Shown here: piece by piece, positions 9,018-17,750 of the stretch
Layout: each line of letters begins with the position of its first letter
Position numbering within the stretch: position 1 is the stretch's first letter
Notes under the pieces: generated by a model
Databases searched by the model: none
The model's input: only the letters and a program-made list of their open reading frames with translations
What the model was told of the DNA's origin: nothing
NCBI GenBank assembly: GCA_964490215.1
Contig: CAZBAM010000001.1
Span: 130,962 to 194,961, forward strand
DNA from: Candidatus Micrarchaeota archaeon
GTDB taxonomy: Archaea > Micrarchaeota > Micrarchaeia > Anstonellales > Bilamarchaeaceae
DNA: 64,000 nucleotides
Direction of reading: 5' to 3'
Program-made: the position numbers and the translations under genes

Positions 9018-10136
9018 TCAGAATTTCTCCAGCTTCCTTTTCTTGAGCTCAAAAACCGGTATGTAGAGCGCTGCGGCGAGCGTCTGCACCAGCAGCATGG
9101 CGCGTATGTCAAACAGGACTATGAGCGCGAATCCGGCGACTGCCGCAACGACCCTCCCCAGGTTGAGCATTATCTCGCGGCCTACCATTGTATCAACGAT
9201 GTTCATGCTGTTGTCCACGGCCAGCGCGAGCGGCAGCGGCAGCAGTATGCTCCTGAAGAATGTAATGGCACCGAATCCCAGGAAGAACAGCGCGACACCG
9301 CTGGTGAAGCTCGTGAAAATCGCGGAGAGCAGGAAGCCCAGCGCTGCTGCGACGAGGAACATCCTCCTCTGGCCGAAGTGGTCGGACAGCCTCGCGGTGA
9401 CGAACGAGGCGATTATTGCGAACACAGTCACAGCCGACAGCATGCCCCCGAAATTCACGGGGTCGGTGAAGAAGAGCAGTATCATCGCGCTCAGCGTGAT
9501 CTGGGCGATGGACATTATGGAGAAGCCCTCAATGAAGAAAAGCGTGCGCAGCCCGGATATGGAGCGCAGGCTCGCCACCGGGTCGTAGGAATACTTTTTC
9601 GGCTCCACGAACCTGGCGGCCATAGCCATGTTCACGAGCAGCATCGCGACCGAGAGCAGGAACATGGCAGGGTAGCCGAACGCGAAGGCCACCCATCCGG
9701 CGAACGCGGGCAGGACGAGGGAAAGCACCGGCGAAATGGCGTAATAGACGGAACTCATGAACGCCCTGTTGCTTTTCGCGTGCTCGTAGTAGAGCACGTT
9801 CAGCGGCATCCAGAAAAAGAAGATGGACGTGCCCATTATCATCCTCGCGACGAACGGGACTGCCGGGTCTGGAAAGAACGCCAGGAGCAGGCCTGCCAGC
9901 GCGTTCATCGCCATCCCGATGAGGACGGACTGGCGCGCCTCAAACTTTCGCATGAGCGCGAGGAAGAGGAGCGGGACAGCGAAAAGCCCTGCGGACGTGA
10001 GCACTATCTCCGCAAGGTCCAGCCCCAGGTGGTAGAAATAGGCCTCAAAAATGCCGCCCATGACCAGGCCTACCGCGTTGTAGAGCGCATAGACCGACAT
10101 GAGCCGGAGGAAAGCGTTGCCGCTGGGAGGTGCCAT
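9018..10136 (-). CDS. MFS transporter
   Basis: 372 aa with ~12 TM helices and typical MFS loop composition. Confidence 0.7.
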   Translation of the reverse strand: MAPPSGNAFLRLMSVYALYNAVGLVMGGIFEAYFYHLGLDLAEIVLTSAGLFAVPLLFLALMRKFEARQSVLIGMAMNALAGLLLAFFPDPAVPFVARMIMGTSIFFFWMPLNVLYYEHAKSNRAFMSSVYYAISPVLSLVLPAFAGWVAFAFGYPAMFLLSVAMLLVNMAMAARFVEPKKYSYDPVASLRSISGLRTLFFIEGFSIMSIAQITLSAMILLFFTDPVNFGGMLSAVTVFAIIASFVTARLSDHFGQRRMFLVAAALGFLLSAIFTSFTSGVALFFLGFGAITFFRSILLPLPLALAVDNSMNIVDTMVGREIMLNLGRVVAAVAGFALIVLFDIRAMLLVQTLAAALYIPVFELKKRKLEKF

Positions 10137-10217
10137 CAGGGAAAGAATAAGCCAAAGGAAATAAAAGGGTGTTTCAGCGGCTCTATGGAAAAACTCATGC
10201 GCCGTGCCGGGGTAGTC

Positions 10218-10958
10218 TCATCTTTGGCCCCTGAAGAATTTATTCACGTCAGGCGTGGGTATTTCCACGGCCACGCCGTAGCTCTCGAACGGGCTGCAGT
10301 TGATTGAGATTATCTTTGTCCGGCTGCCGTCCGGGCCTGTTTCGCGCACGAGCGGCCCGACGAAGTCGCTCTCAGAATCGTCCCTGAAGACGTAACGCAA
10401 GTCCGGCGCATCGGGCTGCTTCGGGTTCGGCCGAACGAAGGGCACCACGCTCCTGCCAGTGTAGTAGCCGCTGATGGGTGGGATGATATACTGCTCCATC
10501 GCAGCGGTCATCGTCGTCATATTTCTCCCGCGCGTGGAGAAATTGGCAGAAGTGACTTGCTGGGCCATCAGCATGACGCTCCCGTAAGTGGCTGCGTTAT
10601 CCCCGGTATAAACGCTCAGCAGCTGGCCGCCTAAACCGGCGACCCGGACGTCCGCCTTAAAAAATTTATCCGGCGGGGTGTAGGCGACCACGGCAGAGGT
10701 GGGGAAGATGAGGCAGCCGCATTGCGCGAAAAACTGCCAGTGGTCCGGGCGGCTGGTGAGCACTGCCTCAGCGACCTGCCACCGCATGAGCCGGACATTG
10801 GAGTTGTTGGCTGAATTGAACCGGTCAATGAGCGGGGGTATGCCGAGGTATGGTGTCTTCTCGCCGGTGCCAGAACCGCGCAGCACACCTATGTGCACCG
10901 TGACGCGCTCGTCCAGGAAATACCTGCAGACGCCTTTGAGCGCCAGATTTTCAGCCAT
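10218..10958 (-). CDS. conserved hypothetical protein
   Basis: Protein-like ORF; likely start at MAENLALKGV. No confident family. Confidence 0.45.
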   Translation of the reverse strand: MAENLALKGVCRYFLDERVTVHIGVLRGSGTGEKTPYLGIPPLIDRFNSANNSNVRLMRWQVAEAVLTSRPDHWQFFAQCGCLIFPTSAVVAYTPPDKFFKADVRVAGLGGQLLSVYTGDNAATYGSVMLMAQQVTSANFSTRGRNMTTMTAAMEQYIIPPISGYYTGRSVVPFVRPNPKQPDAPDLRYVFRDDSESDFVGPLVRETGPDGSRTKIISINCSPFESYGVAVEIPTPDVNKFFRGQR

Positions 10959-11037
10959 TACCGCACCTAACAATAACAGTAATGGCAGTTGGGGCAACGG
11001 ATTTTAAAAACCGTCTTTTAAAGTTTCTATAACAGAA

Positions 11038-11421
11038 TCAGAGCAGCACGCCATTCACGATGCCGTCCTGCCCGACGCGGTTGGTGACGCGCACCTTGCC
11101 GAGTTCGGTCTCCAGCACCGCGCCCTTGGTTATTATGTTCATGCGCACGAACTCCGGGTTGTGGCTCTCCATCACCCTCTTTATGGCAGCCTTTTTCATC
11201 TTCCCGTCCTTCATGACGACGTTTATCATGGACGCCTTCTTCAGCTTTATGTTACGGCTGCCGCCCCTTGCGCGCACGCTGGTCTTGAGGTCCTTTGCGG
11301 CGACCCTGGTCGCCGGGAACACGCCCCCTATCTGCGAGAGCTTCTTGTCCCTGAACTTGCGTCTCCTGCCGCCCGTACCGGTGCCGACTTTCTTGCCATA
11401 AGGCCTGTGATATTGGTCCAT
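11038..11421 (-). CDS. rps8e: 30S ribosomal protein S8e
   Basis: N-terminal GGRRRKFRDKK and C-terminal NIITKGAVLETELGKVRVTNRVGQDGIVNGVLL match archaeal S8e. Confidence 0.85.
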   Translation of the reverse strand: MDQYHRPYGKKVGTGTGGRRRKFRDKKLSQIGGVFPATRVAAKDLKTSVRARGGSRNIKLKKASMINVVMKDGKMKKAAIKRVMESHNPEFVRMNIITKGAVLETELGKVRVTNRVGQDGIVNGVLL

Positions 11422-11523
11422 GAGATAACCTCTCTGATAGAATCTCCGCGCATCGCCGCGCGAGCATTAGCACAAGCATTATGACGGCAGGGATTTTAAA
11501 ACGTTGCCGACGGGTAAATCCGC

Positions 11524-11934
11524 ATGCGATTCTTCCGGGTTGCCAGCGGCCTCGCCCCTGCGGAGCTTTGCACGGCCCTGGGCAGGCTGGACGCCGTCGC
11601 GATAAGGTGCGGGGCCGTGGAGTCCGCTGATGAGCTGAGGCTCGCGTGGCACCTGGCGCAGAAGGCGGTTGCGGAGAAGAGGAACATTGCCAGGAACCCT
11701 GCCTGTGAGTTCATGCTCTGGCTCGCGGGCAGGGGCGACATAGACAGCGCCTTCCGCGAGCTGTCCCCGCGCGGGGGCGAGCGGGAGTTTTTCGTCGTCG
11801 TGTTTTCGGATGCAGGCAGGGAGCGCGTCCTCAGGGAGCTGGGCGCCGGAACCCGGGTGCTGGCGCCAGGGCTGAAGGCCAGCGGCGAGCCGCTTGCGCT
11901 GGAAAAAATCTCGCTGTCACGGATAAAGAGCTGA
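11524..11934 (+). CDS. Cgi121-like KEOPS subunit (tentative)
   Basis: 136 aa; block pattern resembles archaeal Cgi121: FRVASG..., MLWLAGRG, FFVVVFSDAG, C-terminal EKISLSRIK. Confidence 0.45.
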   Translation: MRFFRVASGLAPAELCTALGRLDAVAIRCGAVESADELRLAWHLAQKAVAEKRNIARNPACEFMLWLAGRGDIDSAFRELSPRGGEREFFVVVFSDAGRERVLRELGAGTRVLAPGLKASGEPLALEKISLSRIKS

Positions 11935-11943
11935 AGGGAAAGG
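11888..11943. repeat. direct repeat copy 1 (3' end of the Cgi121-like gene), flanking the vapBC insertion
   Basis: GCCGCTTGCGCTGGAAAAAATCTCGCTGTCACGGATAAAGAGCTGAAGGGAAAG repeated at ~12641..12696 with about 5 mismatches. Confidence 0.6.
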
Positions 11944-11982
11944 ATTTATATGTGTTAGCACATATTACAAATAGGTGAAAAT

Positions 11983-12204
11983 ATGGTAAACATGACACTT
12001 TCCATACCGGAAGAACTTTACAAAGAGATGGTGGCGCATTCTGAACTCAAGTGGAGCGATGTAGCGCGTCAGGCTTTCGAGAAGCGGATCAGAGAGCTCC
12101 ACTGGATGGACGAGGTTCTCAAGAACAGCAGGATGACTGAGGAAGATGCTGAACGAATAGGGCATGGAATCAAAGCCAAGGTGAAAAAAAGGTTTTCCAG
12201 ATGA
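11983..12204 (+). CDS. vapB: VapB-like antitoxin (ribbon-helix-helix type)
   Basis: 73 aa; N-terminal beta-strand TLSIPEELYKEM; translationally coupled to the downstream PIN gene with a 4-nt overlap. Confidence 0.6.
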   Translation: MVNMTLSIPEELYKEMVAHSELKWSDVARQAFEKRIRELHWMDEVLKNSRMTEEDAERIGHGIKAKVKKRFSR

Positions 12205-12623
12205 GGCTGGTCGTTGACACTAACCGCATCATTGCAGCATTGGTCAAGGATAGCGTTTCCAGAAGAATCATCCTGCATTTCGATGGAGAACTGATTACGA
12301 TTGCGTTCTCTAAAGAGGAACTGGGAGACCACATGGATGAGATACTGAAAAAAGCGAAGATATCTGAAAGCGAGTTAGACATGATTCTTGAGAAGCTCAT
12401 TTCAAAGATTGTCATCATAGACGACAGGATAATCGAAAGCCACATGGAAGAAGCAAAGGAACTGATGGAAAAAACCGACCCCTCGGACGTTCCATTCATC
12501 GCGGCAGCATTAGCTACCAGTTCTCCCATCTGGAGCGATGACAAGCACTTCAAAAAGCAGGATAAAATACGGGTCATCACCACCAAGGAACTGATTGAGG
12601 TGCTGAAGGGCAAACAGGATTAG
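12201..12623 (+). CDS. vapC: VapC PIN-domain toxin
   Basis: Starts MRLVVDTNRIIAAL; later acidic residues (IDDR, SDDKHF) typical of PIN. Confidence 0.75.
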   Translation: MRLVVDTNRIIAALVKDSVSRRIILHFDGELITIAFSKEELGDHMDEILKKAKISESELDMILEKLISKIVIIDDRIIESHMEEAKELMEKTDPSDVPFIAAALATSSPIWSDDKHFKKQDKIRVITTKELIEVLKGKQD

Positions 12624-12640
12624 GTTCCGGAAAAACGCCG

Positions 12641-12696
12641 GGCCGCTTGCGCTGGAAAGAATCTCGCTGTCGCGGATAAAAAGCTGAAGGGAAAAC
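12641..12696. repeat. direct repeat copy 2 flanking the vapBC insertion
   Basis: See copy 1. Confidence 0.6.
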
Positions 12697-12731
12697 GCAG
12701 GCTATTTAACCCTAAACTGCGATAGTCATTC

Positions 12732-14363
12732 ATGGCGGAGATGCACCGGACGAGAATAGAGAAGGAAACGTTCGAGCAGAGCTGGGTGCAGAAAGAAGTT
12801 GCACAAAGGCAGGCGCCCCAGCCGACGATTTCCCAGGTTGTACCGAAGCCGCTTGCCAAGACTGCGGCGGACGAGTTCCAGGCGAATCTTGATATACTCA
12901 AAAATCCCCAGAGCACGCAGGAGCAGGTGGCAAATGCGTTGAATTATATTACAAATAATAAATTAGTTTATACTCGCCCACTTTTTCCTCGTCAACTTTC
13001 CGATACGGAAGTGACAGGCATAGCAGATGCTTTGGTAGCAAGGATAAAGCTGTATGAAGACCCGAATTTAACTTCGTTTCCCCTGGATAAACTATCGCAG
13101 GGCAATCTGGCATCGTGCATAAAAGGGTTTGACAGGTTATCCACATATACCGGATTGATCAAACTCATCAATAGCGAGGTTTCAAGTGAAGAACTTATCA
13201 ACAATATATTTTCAACACTTCTGCCCATACCGAACTATCCGAACATGGAGGATGGCACAAAAGCTACAGTTTGGCAGCTCGTTTGCAGATGGTGCTTTCA
13301 CGATCCTGCCTATGCTGACAAACCGGAAATAGGTTCCTTGCTGGGGCTTGATGGTGCTACCATCCAGGGCATTATTTCGCAGTCACCAGAACCAGAGTTT
13401 GACGGTAGTTCATCATACTTCCAAGCAATATACAACCTCACAGCAAAATACAGGGGAGAACCGGTCATAAAAACGCTCTTTGAGGATACTGGCATTACCC
13501 GCTTTGATGAATACCCCCTGGAAGTGCTCGAACATCTCTATGAAGACAGAACGAAGGCCACTGGCAAACCGATAATTTTCATGGTATTTACCAAAAGACC
13601 GCATGGCGTGTATTTCCCAGGTTCGGCATTTGAGGCAGCTGATTACAAGGATTTTGATGTCCGTGTAATAGAACCTGGAAGCGACGACAAGATGGTTTCG
13701 CTGATGAAGGAAACGTCCGCGCGGCTCGGAACAAAATTCAGGTATCTGATGGTGAACGGCCATGGAAACCCTGGAGCGATTGTACTCAAAAGAGCTGTAA
13801 ATACAACCATATCAGTGAGTCCTAACACGTTGGATGTGGGCGACGCTGAGCTATTGAAACAGATAAAACCGCTGCTGGTTCCATATGCGGATGTTATCCT
13901 GAATGCATGCTCCACTGCAGGGAGCAACCAGGGGGATGCAAATCTCGCAAACGTCGTTGCGGAAATCCTGGAAGCGAGATGCTTTGGGGCTAAGACACCA
14001 GGTGGCCTGCGCGAAATATCATTTGACGATAAACTGCAGATTACCAGCGTGGAATTTAATGGTGCAGAAACCGGGGTCTATGACTACAGAATCATGCATC
14101 CGGTAATCCCCCGCACGCCACCGGTTTCAAAAGAGCCGCTCGTCAGGCACGCCGGTAACATCTACACCATACCTGCGGCAAAAGATGCGAAACGCGCGGA
14201 CTGCACAATAGTTGACCTGAAAGGAAGCGTAGTCACAAGGCTCGCGCCGGACGCCTCGGGCAATTTCGTCTGGAACGCATCCGCCGCATCTGCTGGGTTA
14301 TACTTCGCTCGCATAATGGAAGATGGAAAAACAAGGGCAGTAAAGATAAACAAAACCGGATAG
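12732..14363 (+). CDS. caspase-like clan CD cysteine peptidase (C11/C13/C25-like His-Cys dyad) with unknown N-terminal helical domain and C-terminal Ig-like beta-sandwich resembling FlgD-Ig / T9SS-type C-terminal domains
   Basis: Catalytic strand motifs FRYLMVNGHGNPG (His) and ADVILNACSTAGSN (Cys) ~52 aa apart. C-terminus TIVDLKGSVVTRLAPDASGNFVWNASAASAGLYFARIMEDGKTRAVKINK. No signal peptide. Gene body ~45-48% GC. Confidence 0.6.
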   Translation: MAEMHRTRIEKETFEQSWVQKEVAQRQAPQPTISQVVPKPLAKTAADEFQANLDILKNPQSTQEQVANALNYITNNKLVYTRPLFPRQLSDTEVTGIADALVARIKLYEDPNLTSFPLDKLSQGNLASCIKGFDRLSTYTGLIKLINSEVSSEELINNIFSTLLPIPNYPNMEDGTKATVWQLVCRWCFHDPAYADKPEIGSLLGLDGATIQGIISQSPEPEFDGSSSYFQAIYNLTAKYRGEPVIKTLFEDTGITRFDEYPLEVLEHLYEDRTKATGKPIIFMVFTKRPHGVYFPGSAFEAADYKDFDVRVIEPGSDDKMVSLMKETSARLGTKFRYLMVNGHGNPGAIVLKRAVNTTISVSPNTLDVGDAELLKQIKPLLVPYADVILNACSTAGSNQGDANLANVVAEILEARCFGAKTPGGLREISFDDKLQITSVEFNGAETGVYDYRIMHPVIPRTPPVSKEPLVRHAGNIYTIPAAKDAKRADCTIVDLKGSVVTRLAPDASGNFVWNASAASAGLYFARIMEDGKTRAVKINKTG

Positions 14364-14382
14364 CAGACAAAAACCCGGAGCT

Positions 14383-15963
14383 CTAGACTCCCAGCTGCTT
14401 GGCCAGCAGGTCCCGGTCTATGGGCAGCTCTATGCCCAGCACCTTGTGGATGAAGACGAACATGTCTATCACTTTCTGCTTGTCCCTGGTTATGTGGTCG
14501 GCCATCTGCTTTATGGTGAGGTCCTTGCCTATGAGCTCGTATAGCATCAGCCCTTCCTTGCCGTATTTCTTGTACACTGCATAGCCGTCGTCGCCGTATT
14601 TCTTGCGGACGTCGGCCCGCTGCACGGCCTTCATTATAACCAGGCCGCTTTCCATCAGGTATTTCAGCACGTCGGCGACCGTGTAGAGCGGCAGGCCGAG
14701 GTTCATGGCCAGGTCCAGGATGTCGTTCTTGCCGTCAATCTGGCTGAGTATCCTGCCGCCCTTGTCGCCGAACTTCAGCATGATGCCGGCTTTCATCTGC
14801 ACGGATTTAACGATGTCCATCGGCGCCTTCACGGGAATCTCCAGCGGGGACGGCACCGGGCCGGTTTCCTCGGGCTGGTCGCCCTCTATCAGGGGCGTGA
14901 AGCCTTCCTTCTTCTCCTCTGCCGCCGCTGCCGCGCCGCCCGCCGGCGGCTGGCCCTTCGGGTAGTCAAGCTTTATTATGCCCTGCGCGTCCATGAAGTC
15001 CAGTATCTCAACGAGCTTGGCTTCGGTAAGGCCGGTGTCCCGCATTATCTCCTCCGCGGTCCTCTGGCCGTCTATGAGCGTGTATACCCTGAGGCCTATG
15101 TCACCGTATTTGTCAGAGATTATTTTCTCCACAGGGCTCAGGCCGCCGCCCTCTTCGCCGGCTCTCCTCCCTCCGCCGGACGCGGCTTCAGCAGTCTCGG
15201 AAACCGGATATGCTTCCTCCTCAGGCCGGATTTCCTCTTCGGATTCAGGCGGGGCTTCCTCTTCCGGCTTCGCCTCTTCCCCGGGCTGCGCCTCCTCCCC
15301 GGCCGGCGCAGCTCCCTCGGCTTCCTTTTCTTCCTCTTCCTTTTTCCTGCGGGCAGGCTTCTCCTCCTCGCCGAATTCTATCGGCCGTATCTCGTCAAAC
15401 ACAGCAGGACCGAAGGCCGCTTCCTTTTTCCTGCGGGCAGGCTTCCCCTGCTGGGCCGCCTCTTCAGGCAGCGCAGCTTCCTCTTCAGGCCGGAGTTCCT
15501 CTTCAGATTCAGGCCGGGCTTCCTCTTCCGGCTTCGCCTCTTCCAGCGTCCGCCTCTTCCTGCGCGGCTGCTCTTCCAGCGGCGGCTTTTCCTCTCCGGC
15601 CTCTTCAGAAAGCTCCTCGCCGGGCGGAATCTCCTCCAGTGCGCGGCCTGGCTTCTCCTCCCCTGGCCTGATTTCCTCCTCGGGCACGGACACGCCCGCT
15701 TCCCTGCGCGCTGCGCCTGTCGGCTGGAGCTCCACCATGCCTGCGTCCTGCATGAAATCCAGGACCTCGGCGAACAGGCCCTCCTCCACGCCAAGGTCCC
15801 TGCGGAGCTCGGTCGCGGTCCTCTTGCCAGTGATGGCCTTGTATATCTGGAGGCCTATCTCCCCGTATTTCTTGAGCAGTAGGTTCTGGTTCTTGAAGCG
15901 CTGCAGCGGGCCTTTTTCAAGCTTGACAATGCGGTAATCTGCACCTTTTTCCATCAACACCAC
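14383..15963 (-). CDS. acidic protein with four winged-helix-like modules (KYGxxGLxxYxLIxGxxT...ILDFM) and E/P/A-rich linkers
   Basis: Four ~60-aa repeats, e.g. KKYGEIGLQIYKAITGKRTATEL..VLDFMQDAG and DKYGDIGLRVYTLIDGQRTAEEI..ILDFMDAQG. Divergent from the pilus operon. Confidence 0.55.
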   Translation of the reverse strand: MVLMEKGADYRIVKLEKGPLQRFKNQNLLLKKYGEIGLQIYKAITGKRTATELRRDLGVEEGLFAEVLDFMQDAGMVELQPTGAARREAGVSVPEEEIRPGEEKPGRALEEIPPGEELSEEAGEEKPPLEEQPRRKRRTLEEAKPEEEARPESEEELRPEEEAALPEEAAQQGKPARRKKEAAFGPAVFDEIRPIEFGEEEKPARRKKEEEEKEAEGAAPAGEEAQPGEEAKPEEEAPPESEEEIRPEEEAYPVSETAEAASGGGRRAGEEGGGLSPVEKIISDKYGDIGLRVYTLIDGQRTAEEIMRDTGLTEAKLVEILDFMDAQGIIKLDYPKGQPPAGGAAAAAEEKKEGFTPLIEGDQPEETGPVPSPLEIPVKAPMDIVKSVQMKAGIMLKFGDKGGRILSQIDGKNDILDLAMNLGLPLYTVADVLKYLMESGLVIMKAVQRADVRKKYGDDGYAVYKKYGKEGLMLYELIGKDLTIKQMADHITRDKQKVIDMFVFIHKVLGIELPIDRDLLAKQLGV

Positions 15964-16051
15964 GCTTTGGCGAATAGTTTAGTGAATAATCGTCGGCTCT
16001 CACCTAATAATCATCAAAATCTTTATTAACATACACACTTTATATTAGCCC

Positions 16052-17746
16052 ATGGAGTTCGACGAACTGCTGATAACCACAGGTGTTGATGCGCTTGTGC
16101 GTCTTGTGAAAGACAGGCAGAAAATCGAACTTGAAGAGGCCGCTTCTGCCCTCAACATAGGGAAGGAAACACTTGAGGAGTGGGCGAGGGTGCTTGAGGA
16201 AGAAGGCATCCTGCGCATGGAATACAAGCTCACCCGCGTCTATCTCGTGTGGGTGAAGCCCAGCGAGGAGGAGGTCGCCACCGAGGCCAGGTCATTCTAC
16301 GAAGCAAAGAAGGGCATAGAGGAGGAAGTGGACAAGGTCCGGCAGGGGGTGGCGAAACAGACCCAGGGCTTTGACGAGCTGCGCAAGTCGTTCCAGGAAT
16401 TCTACGTAAAGGCGTATCCGCGCATGGAGCGCCTGGAGAAGGAAGTCGCCAAGCTGCCGTCGGCGAAAGCCGCCACCGAGAACACTGTGGCAAAGCAGCA
16501 GGCGGCGCTCCGTGACGTAAACGACAGGCTGGAGAAGGTCAGGGGCAGCCTGGATGACGCCAGGCGCGAGCTCCGGAGCGTTGGCGTTGAGAAGGGATCT
16601 GCGGAAAGCAGGGGCTGGATGGAGAAGGTGGAAAAAATGGCCTCGGAGCTTTCAGGCTTGCAGTCCGAGTTCCAGCAAGTCAGGAAAAAATCGGCACAGC
16701 AGACACCTGAGGGGGTGCCGCTGCCGGGCATAACCGAGCTGAAGAAGCGGTTTGACGCCCTTGGCAGGGAATTCGCGGACCTGCGCTCCAGGAACGCCCG
16801 CATGAGGCAGGACATGCTCAGCCTCCAGGAAAGTTCAGAGGTGCTCAGGAGCGTGGCCGAGTCCATCATGGGCCGCGAGGAAAAGGCCGGCGACCTGCGC
16901 AGGGAGATGGCCGCGCTGCAGGGCGAGGCTGACGCCCTGATTAAAAAGGCCAGGGACATCGGCGCCAGGGTGAAGGAGAGCGCCGAGCTTGGCGAGAGGT
17001 TTGAGTCAGCGGCCGAAACCGCCAAGGCGGTGCTTACGCGCTTCCCCACGCAGGAAAAGGTCGTGGCAGAGCTTGACAGGGTGCAGAAAGGCGAGGAGTC
17101 GCTTGCGGAAAAGCTGGACGCGATGGAAAAGCTGCTGGAGGCCGCGGGCGGCAAGCAGGTGTCAGCAAAGCAGTTCGCCGAGCTCGCAAAGCGGATGGAC
17201 GAGAAGGCCGCGCAGATGCGCAACGACATGGACTCGCTGGCAGGCGCCCTGGAGGACGAGAAAGCGACGTATCTCACGTTCCAGAAGATAAAGGAGAGGG
17301 TGGTCCCCTCCATGGAGGCCTACAAGAGGGAGCTTGACGTGCTGGGGGCGGAAGTGGAAAAGCTGGAGCGGCAGAGCGCCTCCGCCGGGGGCCTCCTCGG
17401 GGAAGACGCAGGGAAGCTCCAGGCTGCGTTCAAGGGTGGCGAGGCGCAGGAGGCGCTCAGGGTGGCGCAGGAAGTGACCGAAAAGAAGAAGATGCTTGAC
17501 GAGATAACGCAGTCGCTGGAAGACCTGGACAACATGTCCGACAACCTCAACAAGAGGATAACGCTCCTCTCACGCGAGGCCAAGCTGCTTGAGATAAGGA
17601 CCGGCGGCGAAGTCTCGGAAGGAGCCCGGAAGGACGCCAGGAAGGAGGAGCTGAGGCAGGAGCTGCGTCTCACCGAACAGGAGGAGATGGAGTTCAGCCG
17701 GAAGAGAGAGGAGCTGAAGAACCTTATCAAGAAGCTCTGGGAGTGA
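16052..17746 (+). CDS. wHTH + long coiled-coil protein; first gene of the pilus operon
   Basis: N-terminal ~70 aa HTH-like (LVRLVKDRQKIELEEAASALNIGKETLEEWARVLEEEGIL), then ~480 aa heptad-rich, E/K/R/A/L-dominated. Confidence 0.55.
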   Translation: MEFDELLITTGVDALVRLVKDRQKIELEEAASALNIGKETLEEWARVLEEEGILRMEYKLTRVYLVWVKPSEEEVATEARSFYEAKKGIEEEVDKVRQGVAKQTQGFDELRKSFQEFYVKAYPRMERLEKEVAKLPSAKAATENTVAKQQAALRDVNDRLEKVRGSLDDARRELRSVGVEKGSAESRGWMEKVEKMASELSGLQSEFQQVRKKSAQQTPEGVPLPGITELKKRFDALGREFADLRSRNARMRQDMLSLQESSEVLRSVAESIMGREEKAGDLRREMAALQGEADALIKKARDIGARVKESAELGERFESAAETAKAVLTRFPTQEKVVAELDRVQKGEESLAEKLDAMEKLLEAAGGKQVSAKQFAELAKRMDEKAAQMRNDMDSLAGALEDEKATYLTFQKIKERVVPSMEAYKRELDVLGAEVEKLERQSASAGGLLGEDAGKLQAAFKGGEAQEALRVAQEVTEKKKMLDEITQSLEDLDNMSDNLNKRITLLSREAKLLEIRTGGEVSEGARKDARKEELRQELRLTEQEEMEFSRKREELKNLIKKLWE

Positions 17747-17750
17747 TGAC

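Noticed and set aside
14978-15937. 319-aa Ser-rich ORF and 15210..15671 Pro/Ala-rich ORF
   Set aside because: Antisense to the 4x winged-helix protein gene; low-complexity composition, no start context.
16402-17313. 303-aa minus-strand ORF inside the coiled-coil gene
   Set aside because: Antisense shadow ORF of a Glu/Lys/Ala-rich coding region.
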